From Desulfovibrio sp. (lineage in GTDB: Bacteria; Desulfobacterota; Desulfovibrionia; Desulfovibrionales; Desulfovibrionaceae): 64,000 nt of DNA. A program made the position numbers and the translations under genes. The stretch covers positions 28,921 through 92,920 of the forward strand of contig JAVBPV010000033.1 of assembly GCA_031549405.1 (NCBI GenBank). The letters run 5' to 3'. Of the stretch, positions 10,114 through 18,374 are shown one piece after another (positions within the stretch are counted from its first letter, which is position 1; each line of letters starts with the position of its first letter). The notes under the pieces were generated by a model. It was given only the letters and a program-made list of their open reading frames with translations. It made no database searches and was not told where the DNA came from.

Positions 10114-10341
10114 CTACCGCTTTTGATGGCCGTACAGGCCGCCGGTAACGCCGCCCAGCACGCCGCCAAGGGCCGCGCCCACTCCCACGCTGCCGCCGGC
10201 CAGAGCGCTGATGCCCGCGCCCGCGCCCGCGCCGAGCACGGCACCGGAAAGAGCGCCCTGCTGGGTTTTATTCATGTTGGTGCACGCGCCCGCCGGAACC
10301 AGCAGGCCTGCCAGCAAGGTCAGTACAAGAAGTTTTTTCAT
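10114..10341 (-). CDS. Small glycine-zipper lipoprotein
   Basis: MKK + hydrophobic stretch + AGAC lipobox-like site; GxxxG repeats; GAGGA RBS. Confidence 0.85.
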   Translation of the reverse strand: MKKLLVLTLLAGLLVPAGACTNMNKTQQGALSGAVLGAGAGAGISALAGGSVGVGAALGGVLGGVTGGLYGHQKR

Positions 10342-10353
10342 GGCTGTTTCCTC

Positions 10354-10809
10354 TTATTTGCCCTTAAGTTGGGTATACCGCGCGTTGGCTTCCTTAAGCT
10401 GCTGCTCTGTCAGCTTGGGGCGGATAAATATATGGCCCAGCGCCGCCACAACCTGCGTATCAAGCTTGTCGGGGTTGGCGCTGATAAAGTCGTCAACCGC
10501 TTTGGCCATGTCGCGCAAGGTTACGCCGGAAAGTCCCGCCACCCAGCTGTTGTTCAGGCTTTTGCCGATGGGCAGGGGCTTGGCGCCTTGCCATTCTTTT
10601 TCCAGTTCAAGCATGGTCACGAAACCAAGCAGAAAAGAATATCTTTCCTCGTTGGAAGAGTCCTTCCAGTGCTGCAGGGTTACGGCCGGGCAGCTTATCG
10701 CGCTGGAGTCGGCCACAGCGGGCGTTTTGGCCGCGCCTGTCAGGGGGGCGGCGCAAAGGATAAGGGCCAGGGCAAGCGGCAAAGCAAACCTGTGGAGTTT
10801 TGAGAGCAT
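10354..10809 (-). CDS. Exported hypothetical protein
   Basis: Signal peptide, AAGGAG RBS before the ATG at 10809, ordinary amino-acid composition; 12 nt upstream of the lipoprotein gene. Confidence 0.75.
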   Translation of the reverse strand: MLSKLHRFALPLALALILCAAPLTGAAKTPAVADSSAISCPAVTLQHWKDSSNEERYSFLLGFVTMLELEKEWQGAKPLPIGKSLNNSWVAGLSGVTLRDMAKAVDDFISANPDKLDTQVVAALGHIFIRPKLTEQQLKEANARYTQLKGK

Positions 10810-11159
10810 GACGTGGTCTCCTTGGCAATGTGTCCGCCGCAACGGGAAATCGTTGCGATATGTTGCTATGCGATAATAAGGTAACCTCAATTTTATCTGA
10901 CCACAAGGGGGGCGGCTCTACAAAGGCGTTGTCTTGAAATATTTGCTGGTTGGATTGCGGAATAAAGTTTTTTGCGCGCGTTTGGCGCGGTGTTGCGCTT
11001 GCGGCGCTCTTTGCGGCCGGGTTGCCCGGGCGTTTGCCTTTCCGCCGCCGCCCGGCCCGGCGGCCCGGTTTTTAAAAAAAATATGTTTCGCAGTTTCGCC
11101 TGGGCCGGAATGCTACGGCTTTCCTCAGGCGGCGCACCGTTTAGCCGTTCTTATAATTG

Positions 11160-11185
11160 TTATTTTATAATTAAGTATAAAATAA
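11160..11185. promoter_or_regulatory. 26-bp AT-rich palindrome upstream of bfr (candidate repressor site)
   Basis: TTATTTTATA-ATTAAG-TATAAAATAA; just upstream of TTGCAC-N17-TATAGC (11197-11225). Confidence 0.55.
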
Positions 11186-11291
11186 TCGCTAAACTGTTGC
11201 ACACGCTTGTGCATGAGGGTATAGCAAAAATAATTACGCGCCGCGCGGCGGTTGTTTTTCCCGCGGTGCTTACCCCTACCAGGAGGTCCCC

Positions 11292-11894
11292 ATGGTTGCC
11301 CCGTCGAAAGCCCCTCGCATTCCCGCCTCCCCCAAGGCGGCAAAAACCGGCGCGAACAGCCGCGACGCCCGCCGCGCCAAGGTTCTGGAAGTGTTGAACA
11401 AGGCCCGATCCATGGAATTGTACGCCATTTCCCAATATATGAACCAGCACTATAATCTGGATGACATGGATTACGGCGAGCTTGCCGCCAACATGAAGCT
11501 CATCGCCATCGACGAAATGCGCCACGCGGAAATGTTCGCCGAGCGCATCAAAGAGCTGGACGGCGAACCCACCTCGGAGCGGGACGGCAAGATGCAGTTG
11601 CGCCAGGATGTGCGCGTGGTGTTTCCCTTCGACTCCGGCCTTGAAATCGACACCATCGACGCTTACAACCAGTTTCTGCTCGTATGTAGGGAAAACGGCG
11701 ACAACATCAGCGCCCAGCTGCTGGAAACCATCATTGTCGAAGAGCAGACCCACCAGAGCTATTTCGACAACGTGGCCAATCACATCAAAAATCTGGGCGA
11801 TACGTATCTTTCCAAAATAGCCGGCACGCCTTCCGAGACCGGCGGCACCACCAAGGGATTTGTCATTGCCCCCGCCGGCTCCGCCGCCCCGTAG
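11292..11894 (+). CDS. bfr: Bacterioferritin (Desulfovibrio type)
   Basis: ELYAISQYMNQH, IDEMRHAE (heme Met and ferroxidase ligands), EEQTH; AGGAGG RBS. Confidence 0.93.
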   Translation: MVAPSKAPRIPASPKAAKTGANSRDARRAKVLEVLNKARSMELYAISQYMNQHYNLDDMDYGELAANMKLIAIDEMRHAEMFAERIKELDGEPTSERDGKMQLRQDVRVVFPFDSGLEIDTIDAYNQFLLVCRENGDNISAQLLETIIVEEQTHQSYFDNVANHIKNLGDTYLSKIAGTPSETGGTTKGFVIAPAGSAAP

Positions 11895-11923
11895 CGGGCG
11901 TATGTTTCGCCATACCGCTTCAG

Positions 11924-11982
11924 GCCTGGTTTTTACCCGGGGGGCAGGATCAGACAGTCCAGTCCCCGGGTAAAAACCGGGC
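11924..11982. repeat. 19-bp inverted repeat downstream of bfr
   Basis: GCCTGGTTTTTACCCGGGG (11924-11942) and CCCCGGGTAAAAACCGGGC (11964-11982), with one G-U pair. Confidence 0.6.
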
Positions 11983-12152
11983 TCAGCCTTCAGTAAATCT
12001 TCCCGCGCATCGTTGACGGAGAGCGTGAAACCGCTTACTCGCTTGCAAGCGGCATGATGCATGATTTGCCGGAAGCGCTGAAAGACCACTGCCATTGCGA
12101 CGGCCGGCGCCTGCCCGCATCAGAAAGCGCAATCCATCCGCAAAGGATTCCC

Positions 12153-12941
12153 GTGGATCTTTTCACCGTCTACTGGCAGGGCCTGTGCATGGGGGCCAGC
12201 CTTATTGTCGCCATAGGGGCGCAAAACGCCTTTGTGCTCACCCAAAGCATCCGGAACAGCCACGCTTTGCCCGTGTCCGCCCTGTGCGCCTGCATCGACG
12301 TGGCGCTTATCACAGCGGGGGTGGGCGGCGTGGGCGCTTTGGTGGCGCAAAGCGCGGCGCTGCGCGCTGCCGCCGCCCTTGGCGGCGCGGCCTTTTTGCT
12401 GTGGTTCGGGGCCAAGAGTCTGCGGCAGGCCTTCCGGAACGACGTTCTGGCCGTGGACGAAGCCACGGAACCCGCGGCAAAGCCGCCCGTTTCCGGTATG
12501 GCGGAATGCGCGGCGGCCCGCTCCGTGTCCCCGCCTTTTTCCGGAGGCGTCCGGCCCGCTTCCCCCGCCTTTGGGGGAGCGGCGTCCGGCCATGCGTCCC
12601 CGGTTTCCGCACCTTCCGGCCAAAGCCGCTCCTCCCTGCGCGGGGCTCTGGCCGCCACCCTGGCCGTGTCGCTGCTTAATCCCCACGTGTACCTGGATAC
12701 GGTGGTCATGCTGGGAGCCATCAGCGGCAACTATCCGGGAGACGGGCGCTACGCCTTTGGCGCCGGGGCGGCCACGGCCTCTGTCCTTTGGTTTTTTTCC
12801 CTTTGCTTCGCCGGGCGCGTCCTTGCCCCTGTCTTCAAAAATCCCAGGGCCTGGCAGTGTCTCAACCTTTTTGTCTGCCTTCTTGTCTGGTGGATCGCCG
12901 CCACCTTGCTGTACGGATATTTTACCCCGGCTGTTTCATAG
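12153..12941 (+). CDS. LysE/ArgO family amino acid exporter
   Basis: LIVAIGAQNAFVL and LLNPHVYLDTV motifs; hydrophobic helices; start codon uncertain. Confidence 0.88.
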   Translation: MDLFTVYWQGLCMGASLIVAIGAQNAFVLTQSIRNSHALPVSALCACIDVALITAGVGGVGALVAQSAALRAAAALGGAAFLLWFGAKSLRQAFRNDVLAVDEATEPAAKPPVSGMAECAAARSVSPPFSGGVRPASPAFGGAASGHASPVSAPSGQSRSSLRGALAATLAVSLLNPHVYLDTVVMLGAISGNYPGDGRYAFGAGAATASVLWFFSLCFAGRVLAPVFKNPRAWQCLNLFVCLLVWWIAATLLYGYFTPAVS

Positions 12942-13154
12942 ATATGATGAAGCGGCCGGAGCCGTCGGACAAAGTCCGCCGGGGGCGGTGCCTCCCCATG
13001 CCTACAAAATTTGGCCGCAACGTGGAATAACCGTTGCCTAAACAATATAATTTGCGCAAGATTGCCGGAACCGGGGTGTGCGCAATCTTCTTTCACGACA
13101 CGGGCGGATGCGCGCCCTGACCTTGAGCCCGCCCATCCGTACAGGAGGAAACCT

Positions 13155-15269
13155 GTGGCTAACAATCTTTATATTACGGCAACCGAAACAAAAAGCGGAA
13201 AATCAGCCATTGTGCTGGGTATGATGCAATTACTGTTGAAGAACGTGCGCAAAGTCGCCTTTTTTCGGCCCATCATCAACCAGCCGTTAAATGCCAACGT
13301 GCGTGACCACGATATTAACCTTGTGCTTACACATTTCGGCATGGATATTCCGTACGAACAGACTTACGCCTACACGCTTCAGGATGCCCGTACCCTGATC
13401 AACAGTGGGCAGCATGCCCTGTTGCTTGATAATATTCTGAAAAAATATAAGCATCTGGAGTCGAACTACGATTTTGTGCTGTGCGAAGGCACCGACTTCA
13501 TGGGCAAGGACCCGACCTTTGAATTTGACCTTAACGCGGAAATAGCGGCCAACCTGGGCTGCCCGGTGCTGATCGTGGCCAACGCCATGGCCAAGTCGGC
13601 AACGGAGATTATCGCCTCTACCCAGTTGACCCTTGACCAGCTGGACGAAAAGGACCTGGACGTGGTGGCCTGCATCGTCAACCGCGCCTGCGTCACCGAG
13701 CGGGAAGAAAGCCAGATCGCCTCGGCCCTGGTGTCCAAGGAAAACAGCACCAACCCCCTGGTGACCTTTGTCCTGCCCGAAGAACCCCTGCTGGGCAAAC
13801 CCACGGTGGGCGACGTGAAAAAATGGCTGGACGCCCAGGTGCTATACGGCCACGGCCGTCTGGACACCCTGGTGGACGACTATTTGATCGCGGCCATGCA
13901 GGTGGGCAACTTTCTTGACTATATTGCCCAGGGCAGCCTTATCATCACCCCCGGCGACCGGGCGGACATCATCCTGACGAGTCTGGCCTCGCGCTTTTCC
14001 AGTTCCTACCCGGACATTTCCGGCATGGTGCTGACGGGCGGGCTGGAACTGCCCGTTTCCGTCCATCGCCTGATTGAAGGCTGGACAGGTGTGCCCGTGC
14101 CCATCCTTTCCGTCAACGACCACACCTTCAAGACCATCCAGGTGCTGGCGCATCTGTACGGCAAGATCGAGCCGGGCGACACGCGCAAGATCAACACCGC
14201 CCTGGGGCACTTTGAAGCCTGCGTGGATACCCGCGAGGTGGCCCGCCGCCTGGTCAGTCTTAAAAGCACCAAAATCACGCCCAAGATGTTCGAGTACAAC
14301 CTTATCGAGCGCGCCGCCGCCCGCAAGATGCGCATCGTGCTGCCCGAAGGGGCCGAGGAGCGCATCCTGCGCGCCACGGACGTTCTTTTGCGCCGCAACG
14401 TGGCCGAAATCATTCTTATCGGCAAGGTGTCGGAAATCACCTCCAAGATCTCCGACCTGGGCCTTGAGTTGAATGTGGCCATCATCCAGCCCGAGCTGTC
14501 GCCCAAGTACGAGGAATATGTGCAGACGTATTTTGATCTGCGCAAAAAGAAGGGCATCAGCATGGAGCAGGCCCGCGACATCATGGCCGATCCCACTTAC
14601 TTCGGCACCATGATGGTGCACAAGGGCGACGCCGACGGCATGGTTTCCGGCTCCATCAACACCACCGCCCACACCATCCGTCCGGCCTTCGAATTTATCA
14701 AGACCAAGCCGGGCGCTTCCATCGTTTCCTCGGTCTTCCTCATGTGCCTCAAGGACCGGGTGCTGGTCTTCGGCGACTGCGCGGTGAACCCCAACCCCAC
14801 CTCGGACCAGCTGGCCGACATCGCCATCAGTTCGGCCGAGACGGCCCGCATTTTCGGTGTGGAGCCCAAGGTCGCCATGCTTTCGTATTCCACCGGCAGT
14901 TCCGGCAAGGGAGCCGACGTGGACATCGTGGTGGAAGCCACGCGCATCGCCAAGGAACGCGCGCCGGAACTGCTTCTTGAAGGCCCCCTGCAGTACGATG
15001 CGGCCATCGACCCGGAAACCGCCCGCACCAAGCTGCCCGACAGCAAGGTCGCCGGGCAGGCCACCGTGTTCATCTTCCCGGACCTGAACACCGGCAACAA
15101 CACTTACAAGGCCGTGCAGCGCGCCGCCGACGCCGTGGCCATCGGGCCGGTGCTTCAGGGCCTGAACAAGCCCGTCAATGACCTTTCGCGCGGATGCACC
15201 GTGGCCGACATCGTCAATACCGTCGCCATCACCGCCGTGCAGGCCCAGGCCGAAGCCGACAGAAAGTAA
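13155..15269 (+). CDS. pta: Phosphate acetyltransferase (long form with DRTGG domain)
   Basis: N-terminal P-loop-like and DRTGG domains; DCAVNPNP, GPLQYDAA, PDLNTGN and PVNDLSRG; AGGAGG RBS before the GTG. Confidence 0.96.
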   Translation: MANNLYITATETKSGKSAIVLGMMQLLLKNVRKVAFFRPIINQPLNANVRDHDINLVLTHFGMDIPYEQTYAYTLQDARTLINSGQHALLLDNILKKYKHLESNYDFVLCEGTDFMGKDPTFEFDLNAEIAANLGCPVLIVANAMAKSATEIIASTQLTLDQLDEKDLDVVACIVNRACVTEREESQIASALVSKENSTNPLVTFVLPEEPLLGKPTVGDVKKWLDAQVLYGHGRLDTLVDDYLIAAMQVGNFLDYIAQGSLIITPGDRADIILTSLASRFSSSYPDISGMVLTGGLELPVSVHRLIEGWTGVPVPILSVNDHTFKTIQVLAHLYGKIEPGDTRKINTALGHFEACVDTREVARRLVSLKSTKITPKMFEYNLIERAAARKMRIVLPEGAEERILRATDVLLRRNVAEIILIGKVSEITSKISDLGLELNVAIIQPELSPKYEEYVQTYFDLRKKKGISMEQARDIMADPTYFGTMMVHKGDADGMVSGSINTTAHTIRPAFEFIKTKPGASIVSSVFLMCLKDRVLVFGDCAVNPNPTSDQLADIAISSAETARIFGVEPKVAMLSYSTGSSGKGADVDIVVEATRIAKERAPELLLEGPLQYDAAIDPETARTKLPDSKVAGQATVFIFPDLNTGNNTYKAVQRAADAVAIGPVLQGLNKPVNDLSRGCTVADIVNTVAITAVQAQAEADRK

Positions 15270-15285
15270 GAGAAGAGTTGAGAAA

Positions 15286-15352
15286 TTGGGGAGGGGGAAG
15301 GAAACTTTTGGAAAAGTTTCCTTCCCCCTCCCCAAACCCCTCCCCTTTCCTT
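15286..15352. repeat. 24-bp perfect inverted repeat plus a polypyrimidine mirror arm
   Basis: TTGGGGAGGGGGAAGGAAACTTTT-GG-AAAAGTTTCCTTCCCCCTCCCCAA followed by CCCCTCCCCTTTCCTT. Confidence 0.85.
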
Positions 15353-15396
15353 CAACACCTTTCAATCCTTTAACCCTTCACGGACCAGAGAATCTC

Positions 15397-16602
15397 ATGA
15401 AAATACTTATCATAAACTGCGGCAGTTCCTCCTTCAAGTACCAGCTCATCGACATGGATCACACGGAAGTGTTGTGCTCCGGCCTGGTGGAGCGCATAGG
15501 CGACGCCATGGGCGGCCTGACCCACAAGGCCCACCCCGGCACGGACAAGGAGCACAAGCTTTCCGAGGAACATCCCTTCCCCGACCATACCGCCGGCATG
15601 GAAATGGTGATGAAGCTGCTGACCCATCCGGAATTCGGCGTTATCAAAGACCTGAAGGAAATCGCCGCCTGCGGGCACCGCGTGGTGCAGGGCGGGGAAA
15701 TCTTCCCCAAATCCTGCATCGTGGGCGACCGGGAAGTGCAGTGGATCAGCGATCTCGCGCCCTTGGCCCCCCTGCACAACCCCGCTCACATCCAGGGCAT
15801 TGAAGTGGTGCGTAAGCTGCTGCCGCACGCGCCTTCGGTCTGCGTGTTCGACACCGAGTTCCACGCCACCATGCCGCCCAAGGCATACATGTATCCCCTG
15901 CCGTATGAAATGTACGAAAAGCATCGCATCCGCCGCTACGGCGCGCACGGCACCTCGCACCGCTATGTGGCGCAGCAGGCGGCCAAGCTGCTGGGCAGGG
16001 ACGAAAAAGGCTTTAACGTCATCACCTGCCACCTGGGCAACGGCAGTTCCATCACCGCCGTGCGGGACGGCATCTGCGTGGACACCAGCATGGGCCTTAC
16101 CCCCCTGGCCGGGGTGATGATGGGCACGCGCTGCGGCGACATTGACCCGGCCGTGCTGCCCTTCCTGGGCCGGCACACCGACATGAACCTTGAGCAGATC
16201 GACAACATGCTCAACCGCCAGAGCGGCCTCAAGGGCATCTGCGGCATGAACGACATGCGCGACATCCACGCCGCCCGCGCCAAGGGCGATCAAAAGGCCC
16301 AGCTTGCCTTCGAGATGTTCGCGTATACCATCCGCCGCTTTGTGGGCGCGTATTACGCCGTGCTGGGCAGGGTGGACGCCCTGGTCTTTACCGCCGGCAT
16401 CGGCGAAAACGACCCCGACCTGCGCCAGGCGGTCTGCGCCGATCTGGAAAACCTGGGCATCCAACTGGACCTTGCCGCCAACGCCACGCGTTCGCCCGAG
16501 GCCCGCTCCATCAGCGCGCCCGGCGCCCGCGTGCCGGTGCTGGTCATTCCCACCAACGAGGAACTGGCCATCGCCCAGGCCACAATGGCTTTGGTACAGT
16601 AA
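15397..16602 (+). CDS. ackA: Acetate kinase
   Basis: INCGSSS, GHRVVQGG, APLHN, HGTSH, HLGNG, FTAGIGEN and PTNEE motifs. Confidence 0.97.
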   Translation: MKILIINCGSSSFKYQLIDMDHTEVLCSGLVERIGDAMGGLTHKAHPGTDKEHKLSEEHPFPDHTAGMEMVMKLLTHPEFGVIKDLKEIAACGHRVVQGGEIFPKSCIVGDREVQWISDLAPLAPLHNPAHIQGIEVVRKLLPHAPSVCVFDTEFHATMPPKAYMYPLPYEMYEKHRIRRYGAHGTSHRYVAQQAAKLLGRDEKGFNVITCHLGNGSSITAVRDGICVDTSMGLTPLAGVMMGTRCGDIDPAVLPFLGRHTDMNLEQIDNMLNRQSGLKGICGMNDMRDIHAARAKGDQKAQLAFEMFAYTIRRFVGAYYAVLGRVDALVFTAGIGENDPDLRQAVCADLENLGIQLDLAANATRSPEARSISAPGARVPVLVIPTNEELAIAQATMALVQ

Positions 16603-16614
16603 AGCACGCTGCCC

Positions 16615-16645
16615 GGAACCGCCGCGTTTCCCGCGCGGCGGTTCC
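16615..16645. terminator. GC hairpin after ackA (no clear U-tract)
   Basis: GGAACCGCCGCG/CGCGGCGGTTCC 12-bp stem. Confidence 0.4.
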
Positions 16646-16817
16646 GCCCGCGCCCGCAGAGAGTGGACAGCGATTGTGCGGGAAGCGGAATCGGGAGCCG
16701 CCCAAGGGCGAAAGCGAAAGACCGGCGCATGGCATGCGCCGGAAGAATCCCGCTTCCGCCGCCAACGCCGGGCGGCCGCCTTGAAGTTAACACGTTCCAG
16801 AAGACGGAGCGCCGAAC

Positions 16818-17888
16818 ATGACCGGACTTTACATCGGCTCCGTGGCCCCGCGCGCGGGCAAGAGCCTGCTTTCCTTTTCCCTGGGTCTTTTGCTGCAAAA
16901 GGCCGGGTATTCCGTGGGTTACATGAAGCCTTTGGGGCGTCTGCTCCAGAAGGTGGACGAAGTGCCGGGCGATGCCGACGCGCTGGTGGTGCAGGAGGTG
17001 CTGGGCCAGAGCGCCCCGCCGGACGCCCTTACCCCGGTGCTGATTCCGGCCAACCTGCACGCCCTGGCCCTGTTCGACGAGGCCGCGCAAAACGCCTTGC
17101 CCCGCATAGCCTCGGCCTATGCCGAAATTTCGCGCGGCAGGGACGTGACCCTGGTTTCCGGCTGCGGCGCGTTTCCCGAAACCGGCCGCTTCTGCGGCGC
17201 GCCCGGCCTTGCCGTGGTGCGCGAACTGGGTCTGAAGACCTTGTTGGTGGAACGCTTTCACCGTACCGTCAACTATGATTCCCTGCTTTACCTCAAGGAT
17301 CTGCTCGGTCCGGCCCTTATAGGCGTGGTGCTCAACGACGTGCCGGAAAACGTCCTGCGTGAAGCCACACAGGTGCTGGCCCCCTATCTTGCCGCGCGCG
17401 GCGTCACCGTGCACGGCATCGTCCCCCGCGAACCCGGCCTTGCCGCCATGCGCGTTTCCGACCTTTCGCAGGGGCTTTCGGGCTGCATTGTGGCGGCCAA
17501 CGCCCTGGCCGGACGCGAGGTCAAGGGTTTTCTTATCGGCACCATGCAGGTGGACAACTTCATGATGTACCTGCGCAACTCGCCGGAAAGCGCCGTCATC
17601 GTCGGCGGCGACCGCGCCGACCTGCAATTGGCCGCCCTGCACGCCGCGGCTCCCTGCGTCATCCTCACCGGCAACATAGCCCCCACGGAACTGGTGCGCG
17701 CCAAAGCCGAAAAGGCCGGAGTCCCCCTTGTCTCCGTGCGCGAGGACACCTACACCGTCGCCAGAAGCACGTCCTTCATCCTCAAGTCCAAAAAACTCCG
17801 GGATCTGCGCCAGATCAAGCTGGGGGCCGCCCTTGTCGACGCCGCCGTCAACAAGGAATCCCTGCACGAAGCCCTGTTCGGGCGGTAG
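16818..17888 (+). CDS. Pta N-terminal-like / DRTGG domain protein
   Basis: AGKS P-loop-like motif, GYMKPLG, GGDRADLQ, ILTG; lacks the Pta catalytic domain. Confidence 0.85.
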   Translation: MTGLYIGSVAPRAGKSLLSFSLGLLLQKAGYSVGYMKPLGRLLQKVDEVPGDADALVVQEVLGQSAPPDALTPVLIPANLHALALFDEAAQNALPRIASAYAEISRGRDVTLVSGCGAFPETGRFCGAPGLAVVRELGLKTLLVERFHRTVNYDSLLYLKDLLGPALIGVVLNDVPENVLREATQVLAPYLAARGVTVHGIVPREPGLAAMRVSDLSQGLSGCIVAANALAGREVKGFLIGTMQVDNFMMYLRNSPESAVIVGGDRADLQLAALHAAAPCVILTGNIAPTELVRAKAEKAGVPLVSVREDTYTVARSTSFILKSKKLRDLRQIKLGAALVDAAVNKESLHEALFGR

Positions 17889-17902
17889 AGCCGCTTCGCC
17901 AA

Positions 17903-18335
17903 AGGGGCGCTGCCCCTGGCCCCCGCCGAGGGGGCGCTGCCCCCTCGGGCTCCCCCGGCAGGGACTTGCGTCCCTGCACCCTGCATTTGGGGAATGCACA
18001 GCTTGTCGGCAACGTATTTTGTTGTGCCGTATAGCGGCTCCCGGCGTGGGTTCAGCCGTTGAGTCCAAAAAGCTCAGGAACCGGAGCGGAGCTTGAATCC
18101 ACCGTTTTCAGGACGGCATGGATGCAAGCTCCGCTCCGGTTCCTGAGCTTTTTCACCTTAACGGCGAAACTCGCGGGCCGGGAGCGTCTGTACGGCACAA
18201 CAAAGCAAACCGCCGGCACGCGCCGCATCCCCCCGATACAGGGTCAAGGGACGCAAGTCCCTTGCGGGGTTCCAAGGGGCGGAGCCCATTGGCCGGGTTT
18301 GGGGCGGAGCCCCTTGGCGGGGTTTGGGCGAAGCC
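17903..18335. repeat. Large foldback (REPIN/MITE-like) element, copy 1
   Basis: Nested inverted repeats 17961-17974/18248-18261, 18018-18031/18191-18204 and 18067-18100/18120-18153; homologous in inverted orientation to 23961-24430. Confidence 0.9.
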
Positions 18336-18374
18336 TTCCTGGCGTACTGCTTCCGGGGAGGCCCCGCTCTTTTT

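Noticed and set aside
11990-12152. Possible lysine riboswitch upstream of the LysE/ArgO exporter
   Set aside because: Could not identify the conserved L-box elements by eye; an Rfam scan would settle it.
13050-13100. Possible Rex operator upstream of pta
   Set aside because: Only one half-site (TTTCACGA) resembles TGTGAA-N-TTCACA; the other half does not match.
17903-18335. Possible CRISPR array or autonomous IS
   Set aside because: No regularly spaced direct repeats with unique spacers, no cas genes and no transposase ORF.
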